Notes: generated from the letters alone by a model not told the origin. Counted from the stretch's first letter, positions 1 to 10,047 are shown. The stretch: 64,000 nt of DNA from an uncultured Gammaproteobacteria bacterium (GCA_963705725.1 CAVPKM010000010.1:1-64000); one strand, 5' to 3'. Numbers and translations: made by a program.

Positions 1-165
1 GTTCGCTACGTCCTCTGCTTTTAGGTAAAGGAGCATCAGCATGTAAAAGCTACCATCTTGAATTTCAGCACTAGATTGTTTTGTCGCTAACGCATAATAT
101 TTTTTGGCAGCATCAAAATCTTGGGTCAAAAAAGCCGCTTGGCCTTGTTCATAATAATTTAACAT
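1..165 (-). CDS. 5' part of a TPR/Sel1-like helical protein running off the left edge
   Basis: 55 open codons from ATG at 165: MLNYYEQGQAAFLTQDFDAAKKYYALAT..., a TPR-like pattern; too short for the ORF track. Confidence 0.4.
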   Translation of the reverse strand, partial: MLNYYEQGQAAFLTQDFDAAKKYYALATKQSSAEIQDGSFYMLMLLYLKAEDVAN

Positions 166-356
166 TGCAGACCGATTAGTTTAAAAATAATAAAAAATAA
201 CTGATTGTTGAGAGAATAAAGCGAGGTGATAAAAGCAATTCAGTCCATTAATTAATGACCTCTTCCCCTGCAGAATACGGATATTTATTCTCCTGTATGT
301 AGAAAATGTTCGAATAAATTTGTAAGCCATTTCTGATATTCAATATTCTGCTTTAT

Positions 357-1994
357 TCATTTCCGAACAAAAAGCGCTAATATAGCTCGCACCTTTTCCT
401 CCGATAAGGGCTTAGCAAGCACGATATCCATCCCCGCAAGATGACAAGCGGCTTTGCCTGCCTCATCAACATGGGCCGACACCGCAATAATGGGTGTTGC
501 TTGATTTTGACTGGCCTTATTTCGCCTCGCTACCCTTGCTACCTCTATCCCACTGCCATCTGGTAACCCAATGTCCATAAAAACTAATTCATAACTTTCC
601 GATTTAATTTTTTCAAGAGCAGAAGCCACCGTTTCAGCTAGGCTGACCTGACATCCAAGCTTGGTGAGCAAGACCGCGCTCACTTTCCGGGCGATCAGGT
701 CATCTTCCACTAACAATACCCGAATTGCACTCGCCTTTGGGGAAGAAAATGGCTGTGCTTTTGCAGCCATAGTGAGCGAAATCGTATTGCCTGCTTTTTT
801 ATTCAGCTGCAGTTCCTGCTCATTTAATAATGCAACTTGTAGCGGCAAGATACAGGTATAAGTCGTGCCTTTTTTTGGACAACTGTCGACATAAATCTCT
901 CCCTCCAGTTCATCGATGATTTGTTTGATTAAGGCTAATCCTAGGCCCGTCCCACGTGATAAGCCTGAATAAGCAGCAGATAAATGTGGTAAGCGCGTAA
1001 ATAGGGCTTGCTGCTTTTCAAGGGTCATGCCAATTCCGGTATCTTGAACCATCATTTTAATAATGACCCGCTCTCCTGCTTGCTTAGCAAGCTGAGCGGT
1101 GAGGGTAATGCCGCCCTTATCCGTAAAATTTAAGGCATTGCTCATTAACTCTACCAGAATTTGCTCAATACGCTCGCCATCCCCAATTAATAAGGGAATC
1201 GATTCATCATATTTCAGCGCTAACTTCAGTCCTTTTTCTTTTGCTCGTGCTTGATTGAGCTTTAATAGAGAAAGCAGTTGACACTTTAGATTAACGCGCT
1301 GCTTTTTAAGCGCAGACACCCCATCCATGGCTTGAGTGCTCATCGTCACCTTATTTAATAAGCTTAAGAGCTCGCTACTTGAACTATCTACATCCTGCAA
1401 ATACTCTTTGGCTTGCTTTATTTCTGGATTTTTTTCCTCTAAGCAGTCTTGCAACAACTGGATGCAGCCACGCATCCCGCTGATCGGGGTGCGAATATCA
1501 TGACGCAGGTTTTCTAAAAATCGGGTTTTAGTCAAATAGGCCGCTTCCACATTCTCCTTAGCTTGGATTAATTTGGCTTCTGCCTTTTTTTGCGCCGTGA
1601 TATCAATGGAAATCCCCAGCACCCCGACCATTTGACCTTGATCGGTTTTTAAGGGAACCTTGATGCTCCACACCATGGCTGCCTTCCCATCTATCACCGC
1701 CATTTCTTCTACCGTTTTTGATAAGCCGCTCACTAACACTTGGCGATCATTTTCCCAAAAATGCGCTGCTAATTCTGCCTGCCAAGGGAGCTCAAAATCG
1801 GTTTTACCGATTACTTCCCGGCCTAAAGTCAGACCTAAACTTTGTGCTTGACGATCGTTACAACCGAGATAAATCCCATCTGTATTTTTCCAATAGACAT
1901 GACCGGGTAAATGTCGCAGTAAACTTTCTAGCACCAGTTGACAATCCACCGCTTGCTTGCCTGCTGCTACTCTTTTCGTGGGGTTCATCGCCAT
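357..1994 (-). CDS. PAS-HisKA-HATPase-REC hybrid sensor histidine kinase (no TM segment visible)
   Basis: PAS LPGHVYWKN..YLGCN and GVLGISIDIT; H-box ENLRHDIRTP; SNALNFT, DTGIG, GTGLGL; REC VLLVEDD, LVFMDIGLPD, AKP. Confidence 0.93.
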   Translation of the reverse strand: MAMNPTKRVAAGKQAVDCQLVLESLLRHLPGHVYWKNTDGIYLGCNDRQAQSLGLTLGREVIGKTDFELPWQAELAAHFWENDRQVLVSGLSKTVEEMAVIDGKAAMVWSIKVPLKTDQGQMVGVLGISIDITAQKKAEAKLIQAKENVEAAYLTKTRFLENLRHDIRTPISGMRGCIQLLQDCLEEKNPEIKQAKEYLQDVDSSSSELLSLLNKVTMSTQAMDGVSALKKQRVNLKCQLLSLLKLNQARAKEKGLKLALKYDESIPLLIGDGERIEQILVELMSNALNFTDKGGITLTAQLAKQAGERVIIKMMVQDTGIGMTLEKQQALFTRLPHLSAAYSGLSRGTGLGLALIKQIIDELEGEIYVDSCPKKGTTYTCILPLQVALLNEQELQLNKKAGNTISLTMAAKAQPFSSPKASAIRVLLVEDDLIARKVSAVLLTKLGCQVSLAETVASALEKIKSESYELVFMDIGLPDGSGIEVARVARRNKASQNQATPIIAVSAHVDEAGKAACHLAGMDIVLAKPLSEEKVRAILALFVRK

Positions 1995-1999
1995 TCCTT

Positions 2000-2329
2000 T
2001 TATTCCCTGCCGAGTCGATGAAAACGCAGCGCAATCGATGTTAATAAATGCGGATGATAATGACAGTCTGAAATGACTTGCAACTGAGATAAATAGCTCG
2101 CTTCACACGAAGAAGCACATTGGCGAAAATGGCGCAGCACAATAGCAATGAATGATGAGAGCTGCATAATTTCATTAGGCTTAAGCGGCCAGGGAGTAGT
2201 ATCAAATTGAATGGCGGGTGACTGCATAGATTTTTCCTTATACGCAGTGCACAACCTATCTAAAGGGTTGGGACACAGCAGAGAGGTTGAGCACAAGTTG
2301 TTGTGTTCAAAATTGAAGGCGGGTGACAA
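2000..2329 (-). CDS. hypothetical protein (real start possibly at MQSPAIQF)
   Basis: ORF ends 5 bp before the kinase start; AAGGA precedes the internal ATG. Confidence 0.3.
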   Translation of the reverse strand: MSPAFNFEHNNLCSTSLLCPNPLDRLCTAYKEKSMQSPAIQFDTTPWPLKPNEIMQLSSFIAIVLRHFRQCASSCEASYLSQLQVISDCHYHPHLLTSIALRFHRLGRE

Positions 2330-2355
2330 TTCAGCCCGCCATCAACCCCCTCTGC

Positions 2356-2550
2356 TTAGAATATTGTCCTAATTCTCGGGAATCTCCCTCCCGCTTGCCG
2401 AACCAAGCAAAATACTTCCGGCCACAACTGCTCACGGCTAACCGAGGGTTTACGGGTGCAATTGGCTTTTGTGTTGGGCAAAAAATGGGAGGAATAAGAA
2501 AAAGGACTTTGCGCAGCAGCGCAAATGAATGATATTCTACTGTTAGGCAT
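2356..2550 (-). CDS. small hypothetical protein with a structured leader
   Basis: ATG preceded by AGAGAGG RBS inside a TTAACC..GGTTAA stem. Confidence 0.35.
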   Translation of the reverse strand: MPNSRISFICAAAQSPFSYSSHFLPNTKANCTRKPSVSREQLWPEVFCLVRQAGGRFPRIRTIF

Positions 2551-2650
2551 GAGTTAACCTCTCTGTGGTTAATTTGTGGCTAGAACCCTTGGGTGCTTCG
2601 AACACCTTTGTGGTTCCGCACGGGCGGGGGTTTCCCCGTCCGTGTGTTTA
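2545..2650 (+). ncRNA. candidate cis-antisense RNA (SymR-like arrangement) over the RBS/start of ORF 2356..2550
   Basis: TTGCGC (2509-2514), 18 bp, TG-n-TATTCT (2533-2538); hairpin GGTGcttcgaaCACC; terminal GC stem GCACGGGCGGGG/CCCCGTCCGTGT followed by GTTT. Confidence 0.4.
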
Positions 2651-2686
2651 TAGTGGCAGATTTTTTAAAAAAAGCAATCTGAAAAA

Positions 2687-3100
2687 TTAAGAGGAGATTA
2701 TTTTTTCCTGACTACTCAGAGAAAAATACTTAAATAGCGTGTACCTCGCTTTCTCATCACTCAACGGTTTAATCATGTAATCATCAATGCCAAAACGCCG
2801 ACATTGCCCGGGAAGTTCACTCGATGCATGAGCGGTTAGCGCGATAATAATTTTATGTTTGTTCACCTTCTCTACACTTCGAATCGTTTCAGCGATTGAA
2901 AATCCACTGATATCGGGAAGATCGAGGTCCAGTAGAATGAGATCAATTGAGCGGGTAATGAGAGTATCCAAGGCTTCCTTGCTATTTTTAGCAACAAGGA
3001 CGCGATGACCCAAGTGAATCAAAACATGAACTGCGACTTTTTGAGCAGCGACTAGGTCTTCGACTAATAATATGTTAATAGATTTATTCATTGCTATCAT
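2687..3100 (-). CDS. single-domain response regulator (REC)
   Basis: ILLVED, LILLDLDLPD, IIALTAH, MIKP. Confidence 0.9.
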   Translation of the reverse strand: MIAMNKSINILLVEDLVAAQKVAVHVLIHLGHRVLVAKNSKEALDTLITRSIDLILLDLDLPDISGFSIAETIRSVEKVNKHKIIIALTAHASSELPGQCRRFGIDDYMIKPLSDEKARYTLFKYFSLSSQEKIISS

Positions 3101-3412
3101 TGTAGGTTAACTGCAGGTCGATGGCTCGAATAATTTTACTATTTTTATCTTGTTCCTCATTTTTTTGGGCCTCTTCGAAAGCGGGAATTGTTAGATTCAG
3201 ATTGAATTAGACTTCAACTGTATAACCTCCATCCACATCGCATCCTGCATGGGTGCCTAAAATACTCCAATTTTCTTTACTCATCTCTCTGATAATGATT
3301 TTTAGATGATCTTTAAGGATGCCATCGTACTGAAATTTTCAACTAAGTAAGAATATAAAGTATTTTAATTTAATCCAATAACCACAAATGCGATATTTTT
3401 TTACTTAAAAAT

Positions 3413-3682
3413 ACTGCGAACACCTTCAGTCTTATTCAAAGAAAGATGTATAACGTCCTGTTAGCCAATGCTGCCAATAACCTCCGCTCTGATGTAACAC
3501 ATCGTATCTCAATGGGCACACTATGCAAATTGATGGGCTATGACAGTAAAGATTATAAAAGTGTCAAAGATAAATTTTGGGAACTACGAAGGATGGACAT
3601 TGAGTGGGATATCATCAATGAGCAGGGGAACAAGGTTTGGACTAATACATCCCCGTTATCACTAGCGCGAGTCATAGAATGA
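3413..3682 (+). pseudogene. N-terminal fragment of a Rep_3-type plasmid replication initiator
   Basis: FSLIQRKMYNVLLANA...LCKLMGYDSKDYKSVK...IEWDII resembles Rep_3 winged-helix N-termini; ends abruptly at the oxygenase junction. Confidence 0.6.
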
Positions 3683-4206
3683 GGGTGAGCCGTGCTAAAA
3701 TGTCCTTGAATTTTATCAATAAAATTGAACTCACCTGTTGTGCTTAAATCCTTAATATCAAAAGAAACAACATCATTGCCTTCTGTCATTGCGATATAGT
3801 TTTCGTCAATACAAGTTGTGTTTACAACGCAATTGTCGTGAGAGTTACCGGTAATTAACTTGATAGAAGATAATATGCGTCCTAGTTTAGATTTGCTTGC
3901 ATAGGTGCCAAACTCATTACCATTTAATTTACCAAGTTTATTACTTTCAACATATTCCTTTGATTGTAAAAAGCGATTTTTAAAACGGACTGTACCAGAC
4001 TTGAAGTCAAATTTTTTAAGCATGGCAAAACCATCAAACCAGTGATTAAAATGAGTTGACCCGACTTCAAACTGCGCTGGCCCATTACTAACGAAGCTTC
4101 CCGATAGCCACGTAGGAACTTCGCCATTGATATGGAGGTTGTCCAATGTTGTTTCATCATTCTGAGAGGAATATGCCTTATAAAGGTTTAGCTTTGCCTT
4201 CTGCAT
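3553..4206 (-). pseudogene. truncated carotenoid oxygenase (RPE65/CCD family), N-terminal part only
   Basis: GEVPTWLSGSFVSNGP, HWFDGFAML, STAHPH; homology stops at about 3682, later His ligands absent. Confidence 0.8.
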
Positions 4207-4223
4207 CTTAGTATACTACTGTT

Positions 4224-4272
4224 ATGTTAACGCAGTAAACATTATAGGTAGGCATGTTAACGATGTCAACAT
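4224..4272. promoter_or_regulatory. two candidate TetR operator palindromes
   Basis: ATGTTAAC-GCA-GTAAACAT (4224-4242) and ATGTTAAC-GAT-GTCAACAT (4254-4272) between the divergent genes. Confidence 0.6.
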
Positions 4273-4895
4273 CAAATAAACCTCTTGCCACAAAGTCGGG
4301 CTATCATCACGGTAACCTTTTAGATGAACTTAAAAAAAGCGCTATCGACATAATAGCTACCCAAGGTATATCCAAAATCAATTTGCGAGATTTAGCTATA
4401 AAATGTGGTGTCTCTGCCACCTCTGTTTACAGGCACTATAAAAACAAAGAGCATTTACTCGCCGTCATTGCAGAAGAGGGATTTACAAAATTGCATCAAA
4501 CCATGTTAGCGACTCAAGAGCCTAATAAATTTCAAAAAATCGGCATCGCTTACATTCATTTTGCTCTTCAACATCAGGTACATTTCCAGCTCATGTTTGG
4601 ACCATTTCTTGAGAAAAAAAATTATCCAGCATTACTGAATGCTAGTACCGAAGCATATCAGGTGTTACGCATCCAAATTGAGCAAGGGATTGCCCAAGGA
4701 GTAATGGTAGGGGATGTAGACAGCTTAACTCGGACAGCTTGGGCAACAGTCCATGGTACTGCTGTGTTGCTACTTGATAATCAATTCGTTACTAATAACA
4801 ATGATATTATAGAGTGTGACCAGATCGCTACTGAAGTCACAATGATCTTAGGTAAGGGATTATATACTCATAATTATCTCGAAAATACTGAATAA
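4254..4895 (+). CDS. TetR/AcrR family regulator (WHG-type C-terminus); start probably 4263
   Basis: YHHGNL, LRDLAIKCGVSATSVYRHYKNKEHLL, WATVHG. Confidence 0.92.
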   Translation: MLTMSTSNKPLATKSGYHHGNLLDELKKSAIDIIATQGISKINLRDLAIKCGVSATSVYRHYKNKEHLLAVIAEEGFTKLHQTMLATQEPNKFQKIGIAYIHFALQHQVHFQLMFGPFLEKKNYPALLNASTEAYQVLRIQIEQGIAQGVMVGDVDSLTRTAWATVHGTAVLLLDNQFVTNNNDIIECDQIATEVTMILGKGLYTHNYLENTE

Positions 4896-5121
4896 CCTTG
4901 CGGGTGGTGTATGACTAATTGATTTACAGGGTTAATTTTTTTTAAAAATATAGCTTGCTCATAAAATGAACTCTAAACGGTCCTTTTCGTCAGAATCCCG
5001 GATCCCGGCCGACCCTTAAGATTAGCATGTTTTGAAAAATATATCTGGTCGATATTAATGCAATCGTTCCGCCTTAGAGGATTGCCCGACTTCGGGGTGC
5101 GGAATGTCCGAGCATAGCTGA

Positions 5122-5541
5122 TTAAATTGGATTTTCCCAAGGATTATATAGTTCAGCTCCGGTTTGCTCGAAGTCTTTCACATTTCTAGTTACAACTGTC
5201 ATACCGTGTACTAAAGCCGTTGCTGCTATTAATGCATCCCTATCTGATCTTGGATTGGGAATATGCAATTTTGCACATCGCAGAACAACAGCAAGATCAA
5301 TATCCAGTATTCGCTCCGAGAAACCGGGTAGGACATGTGCACTAAGCCAGGAGCGCAGGATTGCTCCTTGTGTCAAATCATTTCTCTCTTTTAAAAGGAT
5401 TCCTGTCTCAAGTTCCAAAATAGTAATTACTGATAAAAATAAACTTGACGTTGAAATACTTCTAGCCCAACTTGTAACGCGAGTTTCAGCCCTCTTGCCT
5501 TTTCTCAGCTCAGAAACAACATTTGTATCTAATATATACAT
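5122..5541 (-). CDS. vapC: type II TA toxin, VapC/PIN ribonuclease
   Basis: MYILDTNVVSE, DALIAATALVHGMTVVTRNVKDF. Confidence 0.95.
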   Translation of the reverse strand: MYILDTNVVSELRKGKRAETRVTSWARSISTSSLFLSVITILELETGILLKERNDLTQGAILRSWLSAHVLPGFSERILDIDLAVVLRCAKLHIPNPRSDRDALIAATALVHGMTVVTRNVKDFEQTGAELYNPWENPI

Positions 5542-5798
5542 TATTCAAATTCCTCTGGGCGATAAATTTTATTACCTAATTTTGGAGCCTCGAAATCAAT
5601 ATCTATTGATTCAGGCATAGCCAGTATATCTACAATGGTTTCTTTGGTTTTTGTGAGCTTTAAATAATCTTCAATTGCTAAAAGCACATGGGCAGGATGC
5701 CCCCTATCGGTAATAAAGACAGGGCCTTTTGCTGCGGCTTTTTTAATTTTGCTCGCATCTTGGTTAAATTCACGACTGGTGAATGTGGTGATAGTCAT
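5541..5798 (-). CDS. type II TA antitoxin, Phd/YefM family
   Basis: SREFNQDASKIKKAA, GPVFITDRG; stop overlaps the toxin start. Confidence 0.92.
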   Translation of the reverse strand: MTITTFTSREFNQDASKIKKAAAKGPVFITDRGHPAHVLLAIEDYLKLTKTKETIVDILAMPESIDIDFEAPKLGNKIYRPEEFE

Positions 5799-5813
5799 AT
5801 TGATTTCCTCGCA

Positions 5814-5865
5814 TGTAGTTATATACCTACAGTTATTATAGATATGAAGTAGGTATGTGTCTACA
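5814..5865. promoter_or_regulatory. paired TA operator palindromes
   Basis: TGTAG-N8-CTACA and AGTAG-N8-CTACA just upstream of the antitoxin. Confidence 0.5.
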
Positions 5866-6103
5866 AAAATTGTTTAATTGCCCGTTGCATCACAATTAAG
5901 GCAACCTGAAACTGTGGAGCAACGAATGTTTTTAAGACCTGTTTAAATTTTTATCGGGTTACCTTTAATGTGATGCAACACGCTCATTACAATCAACTAT
6001 ATTTGTGCCGCTATATTTAAAATTCTATGCGGGGCATCTGTGAGGCACTCGGAAATAACAGATGGCAATAAACCACAATATTAGGTTCTGGAAATTTTGA
6101 GTC

Positions 6104-6128
6104 AATGCTGCCAAAATATGTCAGCGTT
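6104..6128. promoter_or_regulatory. candidate WYL regulator box 1
   Basis: AATGCTGCCA-AAATA-TGTCAGCGTT imperfect palindrome, repeated at 6853. Confidence 0.6.
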
Positions 6129-6149
6129 AACTCATAAAAGGTTTGCATT

Positions 6150-6842
6150 TTGTCTAGAACACAACGTCTTTTTGATTTGATTCAGATTCTTCGGCGATAT
6201 CGCTATCCCGTTAGTGGAAAGCAATTAGCCGAGGGGCTTGGGATAAGCTTACGAACTCTTTATCGCGACATAGCTACGTTACAGGCACAAGGAGCCTCGA
6301 TTGAAGGCGAACCAGGTGTTGGCTATGTCTTACGTCCAGGATTTATGCTGCCTCCACTGATGTTTTCTGAAGAAGAAATCGAAGCATTGGTTCTTGGTTC
6401 GCGATGGGTCGCGCGTAGAACGGATAAAAAATTAGGACTTGCTGCAACAAATGTTTTAGCCAAAATAGCGTCTGTTCTTCCGGAAGACCTCCGACATCAA
6501 CTTGAGTTTTCAGGTTTACTGATTGGCCCTGCCAAAACTTTAATAGAACGTGATGATGAAAAAGAAGCCTCAATACGTCATGCTATTCGTAAGGAGCATA
6601 AGCTTCAGATTACTTATACTGATGTCAAAGGGGAGGATTCAGATCGTATTATCTGGCCATTAGCACTTGGTTTTTTTGAAGAGGTGCATGTTGTCGTTGC
6701 TTGGTGTGACCTTCGGTCCGATTTTCGTCATTTTAGAACGGATAGAATCGTGACATTAACGCAGTTAGAAGCTCGTTATTCTAAACGTCGTCAAACGTTA
6801 CTTAAAAAATGGCGTGAAGTTCACAATATCCCTGAACAATAA
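6150..6842 (+). CDS. YafY-family HTH-WYL transcriptional regulator
   Basis: SLRTLYRDIATL, GEPGVGYVL, AWCDLRSDFRHFRTDRI. Confidence 0.95.
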   Translation: MSRTQRLFDLIQILRRYRYPVSGKQLAEGLGISLRTLYRDIATLQAQGASIEGEPGVGYVLRPGFMLPPLMFSEEEIEALVLGSRWVARRTDKKLGLAATNVLAKIASVLPEDLRHQLEFSGLLIGPAKTLIERDDEKEASIRHAIRKEHKLQITYTDVKGEDSDRIIWPLALGFFEEVHVVVAWCDLRSDFRHFRTDRIVTLTQLEARYSKRRQTLLKKWREVHNIPEQ

Positions 6843-6852
6843 ATTGACATTT

Positions 6853-6876
6853 AATGCTGACAAAAACTGTCAGTAC
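6853..6876. promoter_or_regulatory. candidate WYL regulator box 2
   Basis: AATGCTGACA-AAAAC-TGTCAGTAC upstream of the VOC gene. Confidence 0.6.
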
Positions 6877-6925
6877 ATACCAGTAAAATAGGTTCGTTAA
6901 TATCAAATCAATTCAAGGGGCAAAT

Positions 6926-7300
6926 ATGATACTCGAACCAAATGTTATTGTGCTTTATGTTAATGATCTTGCGATAGCCAGCCAATTTTATCAGGACTTA
7001 CTTGGAATAAAGCCAGAAGAGGCATCAATAACATTTCATAGTTTCACATTATTAAATGGAATAAGTTTAGCTTTGAAAGCAAAACATTCAGTTGTGCCGC
7101 CAACTGAAGCAAAGAGCGGTAATGGTGAATTAGCCTTTACACTCGATGATTACAAAAAAGTTGATGAGTTATTTGCAGAATGGCAAGCCAAAGGAATAAA
7201 CATTCTTTTTCCACCAAGCCAGGTGCCTTTTGGCTATACTTTTGTTGCCCTCGATCCAGACGGTCATCGGTTACGGGTTGCTTCTCTTGGCAAATTATAA
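6926..7300 (+). CDS. VOC/glyoxalase family protein (EhpR-like)
   Basis: LYVNDLAIASQFYQDLLG, GELAF, FGYTFVALDPDGHRLRV. Confidence 0.88.
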   Translation: MILEPNVIVLYVNDLAIASQFYQDLLGIKPEEASITFHSFTLLNGISLALKAKHSVVPPTEAKSGNGELAFTLDDYKKVDELFAEWQAKGINILFPPSQVPFGYTFVALDPDGHRLRVASLGKL

Positions 7301-7445
7301 TGAAAAGCTGGATTGCTGTTGCATCAGCAGAACATGCTCGAAAAGAACTGGGGCTATCAATTTCGTTTTGGACTGCTGGAAATCAGCGGACATGATAGAC
7401 AACAAATTTCTATGGCGATGTGCATTAACAATATTTAAGGAGTGA
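7300..7445 (+). pseudogene. EVE-domain gene with the middle deleted
   Basis: N-terminus MKSWIAVASAEHARK joined out of frame to C-terminal NWGYQFRFGLLEISGHD. Confidence 0.65.
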
Positions 7446-7449
7446 CTAA

Positions 7450-7893
7450 ATGTCTATACAACCAACCGTGAAACAAGTAGAAAGTTTTATCGTGACTGGG
7501 TTCAGCGTAAGGACTCAAAATAGCGATGAGTTTAATGAGAAAACGGCAAAATTACCGAGTCTTTGGCAGCAATTTAATACCAGTGAGTTAACTACTAATG
7601 CCAGTATCTTTGGTGTTTATTCAAACTATGATTCAGATGCTAATGGTCCTTACACTGTTACTGTGGGTGTTACATCTGGCCATGCACAAACTCAATTGAG
7701 TTCTGTTACAATCCAAGCGGGTAATTATCTTGTTTTTCAAGGCACAGGTCCAATGCCTGCTACAGTGGTTGAAACTTGGAAACGAGTATGGAAATTTTTT
7801 GAAAAAAATACAGAATATCGGCGTAATTTTATCAGCGACTTTGAGGCATATAGCGGTTCTTCACAAGTAGCGATTTATATTGGATTAGAATAA
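7450..7893 (+). CDS. GyrI-like small-molecule-binding protein
   Basis: GFSVRTQNSDE, FGVYSNYDSDANGPY, GNYLVF, DFEAY. Confidence 0.9.
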   Translation: MSIQPTVKQVESFIVTGFSVRTQNSDEFNEKTAKLPSLWQQFNTSELTTNASIFGVYSNYDSDANGPYTVTVGVTSGHAQTQLSSVTIQAGNYLVFQGTGPMPATVVETWKRVWKFFEKNTEYRRNFISDFEAYSGSSQVAIYIGLE

Positions 7894-7921
7894 TTCTGGC
7901 GGTCTCAATAATGATATACTT

Positions 7922-8050
7922 TCTGATGTGGCCAAAGAATATGAGCGGCTAAAAATTAAATTAGCTCAAGAAAACTTATATGACCGTGAAAAATATACTG
8001 ATAAAAAATTAGACTTCGTTACTAAGATATTGCAGCTTGCTAAAAGATAA
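7922..8050 (+). pseudogene. C-terminal remnant of a GrpB/UPF0157 protein
   Basis: DVAKEYERLKIKLAQENLYDREKYTDKKLDFVTKIL, no start codon. Confidence 0.6.
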
Positions 8051-8585
8051 TATGAATAAAAGTACAATTGATTTCAGAAAGATAACTTTCGCTGATATTC
8101 CTCTGATGTTTCAGTGGTTTAATACCCCACATGTACAAGAGTTTTATTCGCTTCGCTCATGGACAGAAGATGAGGTGCTAGCAAAATTAACGCCTTATAT
8201 TTCGGGGGACAAGCCAGTCTCAGGGTTTATGATTTTGCTTGATGAAAATCCCATCGGTTACTTGCAGTCCTATAACGTAAGCGATTATCCTTGGCCGAAT
8301 CAAAATTTACCCGAAGGGGTTGTGAAGACCTCTGTAGGGATGGATCTATTTATTGGGAGTAAGGATTTTCTTGGAAAAGGATTTGGGCAACGAATTATCC
8401 AAGTATTTATAGAAACCAATGTTTGCCCACAATATCAATATTGCATTGTTGATCCAGACATAAGAAATCTTTCTGCTATCCGGTGTTATGAGAAGCTACA
8501 ATTTCAAGAGCATCAAGTGATTAACACGAAAGATGCGCTACAACGTCCAACTAAGCTTATGCTTATGATTTTGAGGTGCAGCTGA
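8037..8585 (+). CDS. GNAT acetyltransferase, AAC(6')-Ib/Ie-like fold; start probably 8052
   Basis: WFNTPHVQEFY, PIGYLQSY, GMDLFIG..FLGKGFG, VDPDIRNLSAIRCYEK; substrate unknown. Confidence 0.85.
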   Translation: MLKDNMNKSTIDFRKITFADIPLMFQWFNTPHVQEFYSLRSWTEDEVLAKLTPYISGDKPVSGFMILLDENPIGYLQSYNVSDYPWPNQNLPEGVVKTSVGMDLFIGSKDFLGKGFGQRIIQVFIETNVCPQYQYCIVDPDIRNLSAIRCYEKLQFQEHQVINTKDALQRPTKLMLMILRCS

Positions 8586-8902
8586 CTATATTCTTTACAT
8601 ACAGCCAAGCCTCTATTGATCTTGGCCAATATGCTCAAATCGTGCAGATATTTGATTCTCATTGGCCAGAATATCGAAAAAAACAGGCTTATTTAAGCTC
8701 ATTACTCAGCCGAAATAAAATCAATAGTAAATATACGCCCAATAGAAAACTTTTTATGCGGCTCGCTCGTGGTTATTATATAATTAATCCCAAACTGAAA
8801 ATAAAAACTTCATCTGGATGGGAGTCAGTAAAGCCATATGCATTACCGTTAAATTTGCGGACTCGACGACTGGTTATGAAGAGAGGATGGCTGCATGGAT
8901 AA
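8576..8902 (+). pseudogene. fragment resembling the C-terminal tail of large UvrD-type helicase proteins
   Basis: PEYRKKQAYLSSLLSRNK..NRKLFMRLARGYYIINPKL, recognised from memory; no convincing start. Confidence 0.35.
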
Positions 8903-8997
8903 CTATGCTCGGATAATTAATCGGCCAATTTCAGGTATAATTTTGTTAAAAAATCGTCCGGAAATTTGGACGGTTTACGCCTAGAACCCCTTGATGT

Positions 8998-9465
8998 CTA
9001 TTTTTGACGAGCACCTACATGCAATTCTGGGTTACCATCATTTATTAGTAGCTTTTGAGTAATGGATGCAATTTTCCAGTTACGATTATCTTGCTTAAGA
9101 ACAAAAAGATACTGTCCATAAGAATGAAAATAATGCTCTCTGGAACCTTTAAACTCTGGGTGAAACCGATAGATAGCATAATTACACCTAACTTCAGCAA
9201 GGCCATCCTGAAGTTTAACAGATACATTTGAAAGGTTATGTTGCATCTTTAAATTAGAATGATCCTGTTTGCGTTTCGCAATATATTCTTTTTGTGAAAT
9301 TTGACAGGGACTTTCAACCCGAAAACTGGAGTAATCACAGTTTATATCCTCAAAAAGGCACTTGCTAAGATCATCCCAATCTTTGTTGTCAAATGCCAGC
9401 ATAAAACGGAAAAGAACTTCTTGTACAGCATTAGCACAGTAAGTTTGCGAATGTTTTTTTATCAT
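8998..9465 (-). CDS. NTF2/SnoaL-like protein
   Basis: AFDNKDWD, DYSSF, QHNLSN, GQYLFVL, WKIASITQ. Confidence 0.85.
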   Translation of the reverse strand: MIKKHSQTYCANAVQEVLFRFMLAFDNKDWDDLSKCLFEDINCDYSSFRVESPCQISQKEYIAKRKQDHSNLKMQHNLSNVSVKLQDGLAEVRCNYAIYRFHPEFKGSREHYFHSYGQYLFVLKQDNRNWKIASITQKLLINDGNPELHVGARQK

Positions 9466-9995
9466 TCATCCCCCCATTTTTACATTTAGGCGCAATCCAC
9501 ATTTATTAATATAGGTATTGAGGGCAATATGGCTCCTATAGTCTAATACCGTAGCAATTTTTCTACCTGAGCCCACAACCTAGCAATTCTTTAATCTTTT
9601 CAACGTCGTTATCAAGTCTACTTTATGGTAGCAAGATCAATTTTAAAAAGCCATGGCGCATTGGGTGTTAAAACGTTCATGAGCCGGCAGATCAGAGGAG
9701 AATGCTTATTGCCACAATTTGGAACAATTAAAGGCTTTCACTGGTGAGAGTATGAATGATGTTCTTCGGGACTTAGGGTCCGTATGGAACAAAAATATCA
9801 AAGGTCATCATTCAGTTGATACCCCACTAAAGTCAGTTCATCTGAATGATTATGCACAAAAACAACTTCTTCTTGGGTAATAGATAGCCAAAATTCGTTC
9901 GTAGTATTTAGGATAATTAAAAACCCACCTGAACTATCACTGGGCAACTCCACTCTTGGCGCGAACCGTAAAATGCTGCCATTTTTTTCTGACAA

Positions 9996-10034
9996 ATACC
10001 TTTTTTAGAGGCAAATTACCTCTTCTAGAGGTAA
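9996..10034. promoter_or_regulatory. tandem PadR operator palindromes
   Basis: ATACCTTT-N3-AGAGGCAA and perfect TTACCTCT-TCT-AGAGGTAA upstream of padR. Confidence 0.6.
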
Positions 10035-10047
10035 CAATTGGGTTTAT

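Noticed and set aside
8037-8585. Confirmed aminoglycoside resistance gene
   Set aside because: The fold resembles AAC(6') but substrate cannot be read from sequence
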